Source: the human T2T-CHM13v2.0 reference genome, Homo sapiens
NCBI RefSeq assembly: GCF_009914755.1
Contig: NC_060930.1
Length of the DNA: 64,000 nucleotides
Reading direction: 5' to 3' (one strand)
Position 1 is the stretch's first letter; each line of letters begins with the position of its first letter. The notes under the pieces are model-generated. The model had not been told where the DNA came from, made no database searches, and saw nothing but the letters and a program-made list of their open reading frames with translations. The translations under genes were made by a program, and so were the position numbers. Shown here piece after piece: positions 16,470 through 30,110 of the stretch.

Positions 16470-16700
16470 CGCGAAGGTGGTGAAGTTAGAAGAGCATGAA
16501 ATCTGAAGGCAAACAATCTGGTTAAAATCCTGGCCCTGTTTGTTGCTTTGCTTTAAGACCTGCGGTTAATCTGTGAACTTTAGTTTTTTCCATCTATAAA
16601 ATTCATCTGATACTACCTGCTTTACAGAGTTGTTTGTGAGAACTGAATAAGGTAATACACATGCAAAATGTTTTGGGAAGCATAAACTCTTAGATGTTAT
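16470..16700 (+). mobile_element. MIR
   Basis: TTAAAATCCTGGCCCTG...TTTTCCATCTATAAAAT...CTACCTGCTTTACAGAGTTGTTTGTGAGAACTGAATAAG. Confidence 0.7.
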
Positions 16701-18099
16701 TAGTGTTAATATGGTCTTTTAGTGGGAAGAGTCACTCCTGAGAGCGGAAGATTGACTTTCACATCAGTATCACCTACCCCACCTGACAAATCCAGGAGTG
16801 GGCTCTCTGGAGGACCACTGGGGAAAAGGGAGTAGAAGCATGTACCAGTTATCAGAGGCATTTACTAGTAATAGTGAAGTTTGACCCTAAAAAACAACAC
16901 AAGATGAATTCTGTGACATGTGGATGAGAAACATGAACTTTCAATGAATTCAGAAATTCCACACTCACAGCCTGCTTCAAGTCCTGTGTCAGCTGCTGAA
17001 TCAGAGTAGGAGGCATCATTTTCTTGTTGGTGATTACACTTATGCCTTTGTACACTGCCGGCTGGCTTCAAAAGAAAGGGTCACCTTTGTGTAGTTGACT
17101 CCTCATTTTGTAATAATTCCAAAATGCAGTAGCTTCTCCCAAAGTAGTTCAAAGACACCAACCTGCTGAGAACCAGGGGAGGCCATCAGGATACCAAACT
17201 TCCTGCTTCTAATGGCCCAAATCTCAGCGAAAGCCTCTGAATAGATAGGCAAGCTCCAGAAGGACAGACTGTGGTCATTAACGTAACCCTTTATTATGGC
17301 GAATCTCAATTCTTTTTCTACACATGAGCTCACCCTTCAAATACCACATTTATGTCCATTTTTGGGCGGGCTGAACTAAAGTTTAAAGCATTATGTCATT
17401 GTAAACAAACAATCACATGTAGCGTGACTCTGTGGAAAATACAGCATTTCAATTTTGTGGTATTGGTTCCACCATAAGAAAGGGAACCCAAATGATGAGG
17501 TCAGTGGGCCAGCTGCCACGGCAAAGAGAATGCCAAGCTGAGCAAGCTGCTTTCACTCACAACTAAAAAATTAAGCTCACCATTGTTATGCCAGCCAATG
17601 AAAGTGATTGCATTCCTAAATTAAGTGGAAACAGAGCTTCAGAGACTGCTCCTCCTTAGTATTACATGTTCATGCCAGGAGGTCAAGAGGCTGTTACTTT
17701 TGCTGATGATGGACATAACCACATCCAGGCTTATCCCATTTAGAAGCCACTGCTGGCTAATAAAAAGTAAATGAAAACACACACTACTGTGAATCAGGTA
17801 GCAGTAAAAATGGATACAACAATGTGGTAGATGTTAAGAGAGGAAGCTATCTAAGTCCTAGAGACTCATCCAAAGAGTGTAAACCACGCTCTTCTGCCAA
17901 GTGGCTACGACTTCTACTTGCAAGCAATGTAGCATTACGTAAGTCAACCTGACTTGGTCTTCGTCTATTTTTTCCTAAGGCAGAACATTATCCTTCCAGC
18001 ATGCAACAGGGCTGGTCATACCCCCTAAACAGCTTTGATCAAATCTGGGTTATATACCAAGCATCAGAACCAGCCTGGGTTACATACCAGCCACCCCTC

Positions 18100-18830
18100 C
18101 CACCTTCCTATGTCTACCAATCATACTTCCAGGCTCCTAGACTTGGAGCCTCAGGGTCTTCTCTGATTTTATCTTTCTGGTTCCTCTGTTGTCCTGGCCC
18201 CACCAATATTCATATTCAGTTTTCACCAACATCTCACAGATTACTCCTTTGATATGTGCCCAGAGTCCATCTCTGTCTCTTTACTCTTACAGTCATCATT
18301 TTTGTGCAGGTTCCTCCTCCCACCCCTACCGTGGCTACACCATTACAAGAACCTCTCACTGGTCTTCCATCTCTGGTTTGTGCCCCAGCAACCTGTCAGG
18401 GACACCACCATTAAGCCACTGTAATGGTTTTCCTGGGCTTACAAAAGGGCAGTCCACAACTCAGCTTGTATTCATGGCCCCCAACAACTTGGTGCCAGCC
18501 TGTCTTTCCAATCCTATTTCCCCTTTCTGCCTGGCTGAACCACTTCTTGAGCCCTGCACTGTACCCACTCCCTGTATTTGCATATCATCTTTTCCCACCC
18601 AAAGTGCCCACTTCTGTCCAGTTACGCTCCAAGACCCAGTTAAACCACATCTCCTCCAGGAAGACAGCTCTGGTCATTCCTGAGAACGTGCAGCCCAGAT
18701 CTGGATCACTCACTTGGTGATAAGTAGAGTACTTCCTTTTGATCTCTTTTATAGCACTTACTGCTTTGATGGCTATTCAAATGCAAATTAGTTAATTTCT
18801 TGTCTCTTCAACTAGATTTATCATAGCTCC
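18100..18830 (+). mobile_element. L2 fragment
   Basis: Pyrimidine-rich L2 motifs (CTCTCACTGGTCTTCC, CAGCCTGTCTTTCCAATCCTATTTCC, CAAGACCCAGTTAAACCACATCTCCTCCAGGAAG). Confidence 0.6.
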
Positions 18831-19218
18831 CAGAAGATTATATTTTCTACTTTTTTATATTTTCTCTGCCCACCTCATCCTTTGTCCTTCTCCTCCTCCT
18901 TCAAAACCCATGTAGCAATCATAATATTAAATAAGGACTTATTTTTATCTGTGTCCTAAGGAGAAACCAGGAAGGAAATTGAAGTGAAATGCAAGAGTAA
19001 ACTCAGCAGAGATGTAACTGGCCCCTCTGGGTGGAAGACACAGCAGAATTGAATAAACCCAGAATTGAGTACATCTGCTGCCAGCACATCTTCAATGCTG
19101 CCAAATGCCCTCACCTACGTTAAATCAGGTAATCTTAAACTCAGGCTTTGAGATATAATTCAGTATGTAAGGAAGGGAGAAGAAGAAAGAAAATAATTCC
19201 TCTTTAGAAAAGCATTTT

Positions 19219-19980
19219 CTTTTTATTTTATTTTATTTATTTATTTATTTATTTTTTATTGTACTTTAAGTTTTAGGGTACATGTGCACAACGTGCAGGT
19301 TTGTTACATATGTATACATGTGCCATGTTGGTGTGCTGCACTGATTAAGTCGTCATTTAACATTAGGTATATCTCCTAATGCTATCCCTCCACCCTCCCC
19401 ACACCCCACAACAGGCCCCAGTGTGTGATGTTCCCCTTCCTGTGTCCAAGTGTTCTCATTGTTCAATTCCCACCTATGAGTGAGAACATGCGGTGTTTGG
19501 TTTTTTGCCCTTGCGATAGTTTGCTGAGAATGATGGTTTCCAGCTTCATTCATGTCCCTACAAAGGACATGAACTCATCATTTTTTATGGCTGCATAGTA
19601 TTCCATGGTGTATATGTGCCACGTTTTCTTAATTCAGTCTATCACTGTTGGACATTTGGGTTGGTTCAAAGTCTTTGCTATTGTGAATAGTGCTGCAATA
19701 AACATGTGTGCATGTGTCTTTATAGCAGCATGATTTATAATCCTTTGGGTATATACCCAGTAATGGGATGGCTGGATCAAATGGTATTTCTAGTTCTAGA
19801 TCCCTGAGGAATCGCCACACTGACTTCCACAATGGTTGAACTAGTTTACAGTCCCACCAACAGTGTAAAAGTGTTCCTATTTCTCCACATCCTCTCCAGC
19901 ACCTGTTGTTTCCTGACTTTTTAATGATCGCCATTCTAACTGGTGTGAGATGGTATCTCATTGTGGTTTTGATTTGCATT
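19219..19980 (-). mobile_element. 5'-truncated L1PA (PA4/PA5-like) 3' end (copy B)
   Basis: ORF2 C-terminus ([33 protein letters not shown]) plus 3'UTR and (TTTA)n tail; TSD TTAGAAA(A/T)GCATTTT at 19204-19218 and 19979-19993. Confidence 0.95.
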
Positions 19981-21149
19981 AGAAATGCATTTTTGCCCAA
20001 ACACTTCAAACACATGACTTCGCTTTTAATCCATTTTAATTTAGAAATATTTCTGTAATACAGTATAGAAATATTTTGATGATGTACATCAGTGCCCTGT
20101 TTGTAGTATCAACCTAGGCATGAAGAGTGATGAAGGCTGACATTTTACAAGAGGATGGATGAGAAGAGTCCTTCCTGGTCGGATGGGGTTAGTGAGGCAG
20201 GAGTAGCCTGGAGCACCTGGTAGAGCTGGAATCATGGGATGTATAGTTCAGGTGGTCAGGGGCCTATGGGCAAGTTTCACTGGGATGGTAATAATTATGC
20301 AGCAGAAACAGGCAGTGCATAGAATAATCTGAATGGTGACCATCTCCAGAATGGCAGCCTCCAGAGTGAGGCTTTTCACAGTGCCCAGTCTTCTTGACCA
20401 AAAGTCAGGGTATTTGCTAGAGGAGCTGGTATTTATGTCTAAATGGAGAGCTGTATGGTCTGGTTGAATTGAAGCCTTGTGCAAATAACTGGCATGTGCT
20501 TTGGTCAGGGCAGGTAGCCTCTGTGGGAGAGGGTCTGACAGGGCTGGGGCAATTCCTTCCCATCAACTTAGGAGGGTCATGCCTCCCTGTCTCTGGGGCC
20601 TTGAGTCTTTAACAGTTATTGAGATCTACATGGCAGATACAGGCAGAGCAGATGGCAGGAAACATGGGATGAACAGATCCAGCCTTAGCAGTGGCCCTGA
20701 GATTTATACTCCTGGAATAATTTTCAGTTGCCTCCTTGAGTAATTTTTCTCCTGCCCCAATGGAGTGATGACCGTGCAACAGTATCACCTCCCTGGCAGC
20801 ATGCTAAAGCCATTTTCTTCCGAATGGAGAATGAAACTGAGGCAGCCTTGTCCTCCTTCTTCAAAGTAGTTTTCACATCCTACAAACATTTTCTGTACTT
20901 GTTGCTACCATTGTCCTCCCTCCTGACACAGCCAACTAAAACCTTATCTCTAGCTTCATCATAACATGTTCCCTCCTTGTTACCTACACCTTGCCATCTA
21001 TCGCTCACATTTTGAGAATCCGCACCAAGACTTTAGATTATGATGCTTCTGCACCAGTAACCCTCGGCTACACTTCTCGCCTAAGTTTTACTGAATGCTT
21101 GACATTGATCAGAATTCTGTTCACAAACAACCTTTAAAGTAAAGCATTA

Positions 21150-21421
21150 GGCTGGGCACAGTAGCTCGCACCTGTAATCCCGGCACTTTGGGAAGCTGAG
21201 GTGGATGGATCGCTTGAGACCAGCCTAGGCAACAGGGCAAAACCCTGTCTCTACCCCAAAACACAAAAAATTAGCCAGGCATGGTGGTACACGCCTGTGG
21301 TCTCAGATACTCGAGAGCTGAGTAGGAGGACTGCTGGAGCCCAGGAGGTTGAGGCTACAGTGAGCTGTGATCATGCCACTGCACTCCAGCCTGGGCAACA
21401 GAGCAAGACTCCGTCTAATAA
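21150..21421 (+). mobile_element. AluJ with a small left-arm deletion
   Basis: GGATCGCTTGAG|ACCAGCC junction; J-type GAGCCCAGGAGGTTGAGGCTACAGTGAGCTGTGATC. Confidence 0.9.
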
Positions 21422-22009
21422 GAGCAGACCCTACTATGATCAAGATTACTAGGAGCCTTGTATTCTCTTTGCATTAGCCCTCCTCCCACTTATTTCCTCA
21501 CTCACCAGACATTCACTGGGCACACATCATATGCTGACTCAGGTCTCATGGCTGGCGGAATGTGGATGATACACTGAGCCTCTATCATCGTCTCTGACCC
21601 TTTCCACTGCCGCCAGGTCTGTGGCCACCTCCACTGCTGTTTCTCAACTCTGCCACGGCCAGCTCATCATCCCTACTTCTTATCTTGGCTGCTTCTTGTT
21701 TTCTACTGCTCTGCCTCTTTCCTTCTTTCTCTTTTGTCACTTCACCCAAGCTTCCTGAATTTCTCCAAGGCCAGTTACCCTTCCTCAGACATCACCTAGC
21801 CACCAGGGTTCTCCTTCCTGTGATCAGTCAGTCCCACGAGCACAATCCTGTGCTGTGACTCTGCGCTGTTTTGTTGTTGCTCACTGCTACGGCTGAGTTT
21901 CTTTATCTCCAGAGATACCTACATAATTGACTTTCTTCTTCTTTTTATAAACTTCAGGGTCAGTTCTATTATGGATAAATAGGACTATTAACACTGGTGG
22001 CTGCTTTGT

Positions 22010-22220
22010 GAATGTAACATTATGGAAAGAGCCTGGTTTTGGAGTCAGAGAGATCTGATTTCAAATCCTTGCCAACTGCAGCAGTAGCTGCGGAATCTCT
22101 GACAAATCATTTAAGTTCTTCTCAGCCTCAGCTGCCACACTGGCAAAATGGGACTGATAATTATTACCTCATATGTTTATTTTGATAAGGATTCAATATA
22201 TAAAATGCCTTACACATAGA
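22010..22220 (+). mobile_element. MIR
   Basis: GGAAAGAGCCTGGTTTTGGAGTCAGAGAGATCTGATTTCAAATCC...AAAATGGGACTGATAAT. Confidence 0.75.
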
Positions 22221-23754
22221 AGGCACCCTAGAAACACCCCTCCCCTGGCCCACTATTTACCTTCTCCTTATAAATGTGATGCAGAAAATGGCTATAGTGA
22301 ACTGTTAGGAAGGAGAGGGGATATCACCGGCAAAATTAAGCAAAGCTAATAATAATGAACAGATTAACTACAAATGCTACTTAATATTACCAGGGCTGGT
22401 GTATCATAAAATTGCACAGATTAAGATGAAAAAAAGGCAAAAATTAATTCCACAGGAGCAGCAAAAAGCAGTGGTCACCAAATGTGAACATAACAGCCAG
22501 GCCCTACAATAATGAGCACTAAACCATGCTATTTTTCTTTTCTTTCTTTTTTTTTTTTTAAATCCTACAAAGAAATAGGATACAAGGAAATTAGCATGTG
22601 AGAAAGACTTGGACTTATGTGAAGAAGCTAACAGATGTGCAAAAATCTAGACCAGATTCCCATTTCAAAAAGGAACTTGTAGAGTCACTGGACCCATCCT
22701 GACAGTGAGGCAGTCCTGGTAGCATGTCATGTCATCCTGTGACACTAGCACTGTGCACATACATAAAAAAAAATGTCTGTTCCAGTGAAGCCAGGAAGAG
22801 AACAGACGGCAAAGCCTGACACAGACAGAAAGAGGGACAGGCTTGTCTTGACTCCATCTGCCATTTTTAAACCCAAGACACAATAACACCTAAGGAATAC
22901 TCACACTAACATTTCATTCAACAATCCCTCCACTGCATGTCACATGAAATAAGTTAGACAAGAGCAGTTCTGCCTAAAGTATATGCTATCTGAGAGGCAT
23001 ACTAGTTCTTTGCAAATACCTAAACAGAACTTTCAGATGTTTCTGCTGGAGTGAGAAAAAACATGTGCATTTGAGTGTAATGTGATGGTTTTCAACTGCT
23101 TAAAGAGGCCATAAATCTATTAGCTTGAACTTCAAAGAAACAAATTCTGAGAACATCAAAAATTAGGGTGGGGCAAGGAGAATTGGATCTAACTAGTTTC
23201 TCCGTTCTTTCCCAGAAAAACAATGAGAACCAAACCAGGCTCCAGTCTCTTTCTTCTCCCAATTTTTACTACTTGCCACACTTTTGAAAACATCTTCTAC
23301 ATACTTCTAGCTCTGGACAAACACATTCTTATTCAAGTTTGTGGTTAACTCCATGAGCTCATTTTTCTATGATTTGTTGGACATTTTTATGTGGCTTTTA
23401 CGGAGAACAGTTTAAAGTGAATTATCTTTGAGAAGCCTGTGGGATTCTATAATTCTCTGGTGCTCTCCCCAACCAGGATGATTTATTCCAAGACAATTCT
23501 AAACCAAGAAGGAGGACTCGATGCCCAGACTTCTAATAAGATTCGGCTGCTGTCTTGCAAAGCCAGGCAGTGTGGGACAGCTGGATGAAGTGAGTGGGAC
23601 TAGGCTTAGATTGACTCTGTGTGATCAGAGCAAGTGATTTCACCTCTTTGGGACTCTGGGTTTGCAACAATAAAACATAAGAAGTGGTGACAGCGATGAC
23701 TTCGCAGATTCTCCCAGCCCTAATACTCTATGAGATCATGACTATTCTAATCAT

Positions 23755-23758
<4 letters not shown>

Positions 23759-23794
<36 letters not shown>

Positions 23795-23814
23795 CTCTCT
23801 CTCTCTCCCTCTCT
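23759..23814. repeat. (CA)17 microsatellite followed by (CT)n
   Basis: Read directly from the sequence. Confidence 0.95.
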
Positions 23815-23922
23815 GATATGTTTTCTCATAACCAAAGGCTCATTCTAGATTTAATCAAAGATACAAATGGGAGAAACATGGACACGAACTGGACAGTGAG
23901 AGTCCATTTAAACCAGCAGGGA

Positions 23923-24223
23923 GGCTGGGCACGGTGGCTCACGCCTGTAATCCCAGCACTTTGGGAGGTCGAGGCGGGTGGATCACCCAAGGTCAGGAGT
24001 TCGAGACCAGTCTGGCCAACATGGTGAAGCCCCGTCTCTACTAAAAATACAAAAATTAGCCATGCGTGGTGGCGTGTGCCTGTAGTCTCACCTACTTGGT
24101 AGGCTGAGGCAGAAGAATCGCCTGTGGGAGGCAGAGGCTGTAGTCAGCTGAGATGGTGCCATTGCACTCCAGCCTGGGTGACAGAGTGAGATCCATCTCA
24201 AAAAAATAAATAAAAAATAAAAT
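23923..24223 (+). mobile_element. AluSx-like
   Basis: Full Alu; TSD TAAACCAGCAGGG on both sides. Confidence 0.95.
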
Positions 24224-25564
24224 AAACCAGCAGGGGGATACAGACAAATCTAATAGTGGGTAGAAAAAGGATCCATGTAAGTCTTCTCCTTAAAAAAAAA
24301 ATCATTGAAAAAAATCACTATAATAGCTTGGAGATGACAAGCCAATATGAATTACTGAGGCGAATTCATTAAATCCACCGAAGGACACATCCTAGGAGAT
24401 AGAACATATTAAACTGAGAAGACATCTTCCAGGCCCACCTCTCCAGCTCTACCGATTTCTTGCCACTAAATAATAACTCCCAACAGCTCTATCAGGAATG
24501 GAAACAAACACAATGAGCTGGGGCATAGTAAACTCAATACCAAGACCCCACTTTAATGTCTGTATGTATGTATTAATTCACGTACCACATGGTTTTGTAA
24601 CAAGAAAGCGGAATGGGAAGGAGACTGGGGTGAAGTTAAACCTGCGGGCCTCAAGTAGGACACATCAGAATGGGAGCCAGGTTCATCTTTTTGAAGGATT
24701 GTCCTTTCCGCCTCATCATCCTCCCGTACACATGCACTTTAGCAAGAAGAATAAACAGGATATGCCTACTTGACTTCCTTGTTTGCTCTCAGGGTGACTT
24801 CACTAAAAAAAAAGGCATCAAAGGCCTTTATGAATCCATCACCAGATTTTTAAAAAGTCTGTTTACAGTGATTCTATATGCCCATGGCTAAAATCTGGAA
24901 TTTTTCTCTTTTTATCCTTTCTCCACCCTTTTCTTCTTTCTCTACGTCTTCTAGTCATCCTCTGCCATGTTCCTCATGATTATGTTTTATAATATTTAAT
25001 GTTCCATGTAAAAAGTGGTGTGCCTTGAGCTGTTTGCTGGAAGAGCCAGACAGACCTAACACGTGATCATAATTTAGTAAGAAAAGTGAGGGAGAAGGTG
25101 GGGAAAGGTCCCCTGCAGGCTGTGTGCATGCACAGTGACTGGCTCCCTGAAGACACTCAAGCTGACTACGTGGAGCTGTCTTCGCTTATAGACCAGCTGC
25201 TGCCTCATCACCTCTAGGTTGCCACGCCCCACTTACTTTCTGATAGAGCAGAGTTCATTTGTTAGTTCTTTATGCAATAATCTCCCTCCCTTTTTTTTCT
25301 GGGGAGGAGGGGTAGGGGTTGGGGATATTCAACAAACCAACAGTCCTTCAACAGTATTTGTGAATGAACACGGTAAGCGTGATTGTGTAACAGTGTTCGG
25401 ATGTGTCCTTATCTTCCATTTGAACACTACCAGTTGTACTTCCACACAGGTGGGGGTGGAGGTCCTCTAATTCAACTAAGAAATCCCTTTTAGCTAATGA
25501 GACTAGAGAAGTAAAATGTAGGAAAGGGAACAGGAAGATAAGTGGCCATAAAATCTACAAGATC

Positions 25565-26043
25565 ATTGTTTCAGACGGTTAAGCCAGACTCCAGCTAATA
25601 GACACCCTCCCCAAATCAGGGCTTAAATAACATGGAAGTTTATTTTTCTCATGTAAAATAAGTCAGGGGCAAGCAGTCCAGGATGATACGGAGCTTCCTC
25701 ATTCATCAGGACCCAAGCTCCTGCCAGTTTTCCTTCCTACCAGTTCTAGGATACAGTCCTCCTCCTCTTCCAAGTCTAAAATGATGCTGGTGCTCCAGCC
25801 ATCACACTCATGTTCCAAGGAACCCCATGGAAAAGGGCTGAAGAAGGGTGCAGTCCATCCCTTTAAGACTTCCTAGAACTCTGACGCACACTTCTTACAT
25901 CTCATTGGCCATAACTTAGTCGCATGGCCAGTGAGGCTGGGAAACACAATTTTGGTTAGCAGCTCAACTATACAAGGGATTCTGCTAATTGGTAGACAAA
26001 GAGAAGAAAGCTACTTGGTGTCAAACTAGCAGTGTCTCCCATA
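25565..26043 (-). mobile_element. ERVL-MaLR solo LTR (MLT1J/K-like)
   Basis: GGCTTAAATAACATGGAAGTTTATTTTTCTCATGTAA...GCTCCAGCCATCACACTCATGTTCCA...CTTACATCTCATTGGCCATAACTTAGTCGCATGGCC. Confidence 0.8.
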
Positions 26044-26519
26044 ATGAAGGCTTTGCAAGCTTCCTTATCTTCTGAGGCTGTATAATGGGAAGATTAGCAA
26101 CATATGCAACAAATGGGAATAAAAAGAACACAATTACAGTAAACTACAGTAATAGTATTCCATTGAATTGAAGGAAAATGATAGATTTTTCCACCTCAAA
26201 AGACACAGGGATACTTTCTAATGATTTAATGTCATTCACAGGAAAAGGGTAATATACCACATGGTACTACAGAAACACTTTGGCTGAGCCCAGGTGGTAG
26301 CAAATATTTTCAATCAATAGGTTTGGACAGTGAAATAGACATGAAATCCTCTAACTTGTATTTAATACTAATTCAGACATATGAGGTGGAGGAAGAAGGG
26401 AGATAAAACAAACATATTCTACAGCAATAAAATGATCATGCTAAAGAGTTACTTTGAATTAATTAAGACACTGTCACAAGGGAATGATAATTGAATAATT
26501 CCCTAAGATACAATGAAAG

Positions 26520-27182
<663 letters not shown>

Positions 27183-27500
27183 CCGATCCCGTTTTTTTTT
27201 TTTTTTTTAAACCAATGAATCTATATTACCATATATACCTGAATATAAGGTAGCCTCAATAAATGATCTCCCATTTTACCAATGAGAATACAAAATAACA
27301 AAACAAAACAACAATAACAAAGACAAACAGCTTTGCTAACTTGAGTATATAAACTCTGAGGAATGTGATAAAATAATCATCTTCTTATGATACCTAATTT
27401 ATTTAGTTGTATATACATACTTCAAATTAGATTTTACACATGATAATAGGTTGATTTGTAAGTGTTTTCTGAAATCATATTTTATTAAAAATTCTATTCA

Positions 27501-27790
27501 GGCTGTGTGCAGTGGCTCACGCCTGTAATCCCAGCACTTTGGGAGGCCAAGGAGGGCAGACCACTTAAGGCCAGGAGTTCGAGACCAACCTGGCCAACAT
27601 GGCAAAACCCTGTCTCTATTAAAAATACAAAAACTAGCTGGGTGTGGTGGCTTATGCCTATAATCCCAGCTATTTGGTGGCTGAGGTACGAGAATCACTT
27701 GAACCCATGAGGTCGAGGTTATAAGTGAGCTGAGATTGCACCACTGCACTTCATCCTGGGTGACAGAACTAGACTCTGTCTCAAAAAAAA
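27501..27790 (+). mobile_element. Older Alu (Jb/early S)
   Basis: Full dimer, CACTTAAGGCCAGGAGTTCGAGACC. Confidence 0.9.
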
Positions 27791-29004
27791 TTTTTTTTTA
27801 ATTCAAATGTTTCACATTCATCTTCAATGTCTTCATCATTGTTAGAACGTCTTTCGAGTCATCTAACACCTCTCATTGTCTGAGATAGAATCTTTGACTT
27901 AGTATGTGATGCTGTCACTGGATATTTGATCCTGAGTGGGAAACATCCATTTCCATCATATTAAGAAAGCTGGTGTTATCATTTGGGCTGTATGTGATCT
28001 CTGCCATTGCATCACTTATTGTGTTGTTCTTAAAAGTGCTCTATATAAAAAAGACTTGCTCAGCATGGCATCCAATCCTAGGCTATGGGGTCACATCTTT
28101 AGCTATAATGGCCAAGTTTCTGTTGAATTTCAACACTTATTTTTACAGCAATTCTATCAAGTGACCTCTATAAGCACCCAAAACTCAAGCTGATTGAGGT
28201 GATTTCAGGATAATTTCAGGACTATTTGCCCAAACAGTACGTTGTTATTCAAAATAAAATAATAGAGGAGTGTCCATAATCTGAGACTTACAGGGAGTTG
28301 ATTATAAGATGATGCCCACTTTAAGGATAATGTTTGGCCAAACAAAACCCCCTTCTTGCCTTATATTCAGACATATTTCATGTATACACAATGAAAAAAA
28401 GATTATAGACATAAAATCTCTATAAAGTCTACAGTGGTTACTGCTGGGTAGGAAGATCATTATAAAAGATTTAAATTTTCTTCTGTTTGCTTCTATTTTC
28501 TAAAGTTTCAATGAGTAAGAGTGACTGTGATAATTAGGGAAATAGTATTAAGAATAATAAAAAAAAGGAAGAGACATTATACAAATAATACATTGGACAT
28601 GATTAGAGGCAGGCTAAGCTAGCCTTGGGTGTGATTTAAGGTATTCCAGCTAAAAAGAATTCCCTATTGGCATGAAATTTGTCACTCTTCTGGGTGACAG
28701 CCAGTTGCAAGTTAGTTAAAATGTAGATGTGTTTCTTAGAAGGCTAACTCATTTATCCACTATCCTCCATTCACTGCAGATTCCTTTATCAAATTCGTTT
28801 CCAGCCTCAGACAGGGTCTGGAGGGAACGAGACAGTGACAGGGATAGGTCTGCTTTATGTGAAGAGAGATGATCAGAAAGGTCAGGCACCAGACACCCCT
28901 TTCCTTCTACTCCCCATAAAGTCTTGGCAGCTAGAGAGCTGGGGAATAGGACTGAGATGGTACAATGAAGGAAAAATTAATAGTAACATCGATGACAATA
29001 TGAA

Positions 29005-29150
29005 GGTAGTGTGGCTTGCAGTTAAGAATGCAGTCTCTAGAACCTGCCTGCCTGCTTGGTTCAAATTCACCTCTGCCCATTATCGGTTGTGCAACGCTGG
29101 GCAAGTTACTTCCCTTCTCTGTGCCTTGGTTTCCTCATCTGTGGAATAAG
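29005..29150 (+). mobile_element. MIR
   Basis: GGGCAAGTTACTTCCCTTCTCTGTGCCTTGGTTTCCTCATCTG core. Confidence 0.8.
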
Positions 29151-29299
29151 GAAAACAGTTTCCACTCCACAAGGTTACCTGAACCACACCTCCCCACCCT
29201 GGTAGGAGCAGTATGAAAAAGGCCAAAGCCTTCAAACCTTTCATACTCTGACCCCAGTTTGCCTTTCTGAAAGCATCTCTTCAACACTTCCTTCTGAGG

Positions 29300-29770
29300 T
29301 ACCCTGAGGCCATTCCATGAACCCCTGTGCACCTCCACATCCTCCACTTTTGCTGGCATTCTATCTATCTAGAATGTGCTTCTCCTCTTTGGCAATGTTT
29401 TCCTCATCCTTCATGAAACAGCTGAAACGTCAGCTCCTTGAATAAGCCCTGACTGAGGGCTGCCCCCATTGGTTGGTCAACAAATACTAATATTAAGAGC
29501 CTACTATGTGTCAGGCACTGTCTCAGGCACTTTAAATACAGCAGTGAATGAAACTCCTGCCCCGACCCTGCTCAACACTCATAATCATGAACTCTTCAGC
29601 ATCCCTGTGGAGATCTGCTATGACATTACTATATATGTTATAGAACTCTTTCCCCTGTTAGAAGGAAAGTCTTTGGAGAAAGGGGCCTGATCTTACCTGT
29701 CTTTATGTTTCTAGTGTCCAGCACAGAACTTGTCACACCAAGCACTTAATAAGTATTCGTTGGATGAATG
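29300..29770 (+). mobile_element. L2 3' fragment, with a short reverse L2 piece at ~29480-29560
   Basis: TTCTAGTGTCCAGCACAGAACTTGTCACACCAAGCACTTAATAAGTATTCGTTGGATGAATG. Confidence 0.65.
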
Positions 29771-29886
29771 TCATCCTGAAAAATTTTCATGCTAGAAAAT
29801 GCTCACCTACAACTACTTTGATGGCAACTCTAAATAGGAATATAGAGATGATTCATCTAGAGATATTTTTTCCTTTATTTAAAAAA

Positions 29887-29965
29887 CTGATTCCAATGGC
29901 TTGCCTTTTGGGAAAACCACATCTGTTAATTGTGTACAACACAAAGAAAAGTCTATTTATTTAGC
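29887..29965 (+). repeat. Copy 1 of a 79-bp dispersed direct duplication
   Basis: 72/79 identical, ungapped, to 31973-32051. Confidence 0.9.
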
Positions 29966-30036
29966 TCTGGATCCCTAGAACTTTATACAGTGCTGTGTCA
30001 TCAGTAGGCACTCAATAAATGTTTTTTGAAGGATTG

Positions 30037-30110
30037 GGAAGGACAGAGGGAAGGAGGGAGGGAAAAACAGAGGGAAGGAGGGAGGGAGGGAGGAAGGAGA
30101 GAAGGAGAAA
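30037..30110. repeat. Polypurine (GGGA/GGAA)n low-complexity tract
   Basis: Read directly from the sequence. Confidence 0.85.

Noticed and set aside
18189-18683. 164-aa ORF
   Set aside because: Lies in pyrimidine-rich L2-like sequence, has no ATG start and no recognisable domain.
21770-21835. Minus-strand peptide SQEGEPWWLGD resembling the intersectin SH3 motif GEPGWLGG
   Set aside because: Flanked by stops, and neighbouring SH3 motifs (ALYPF, GWFP) are absent; probably chance.
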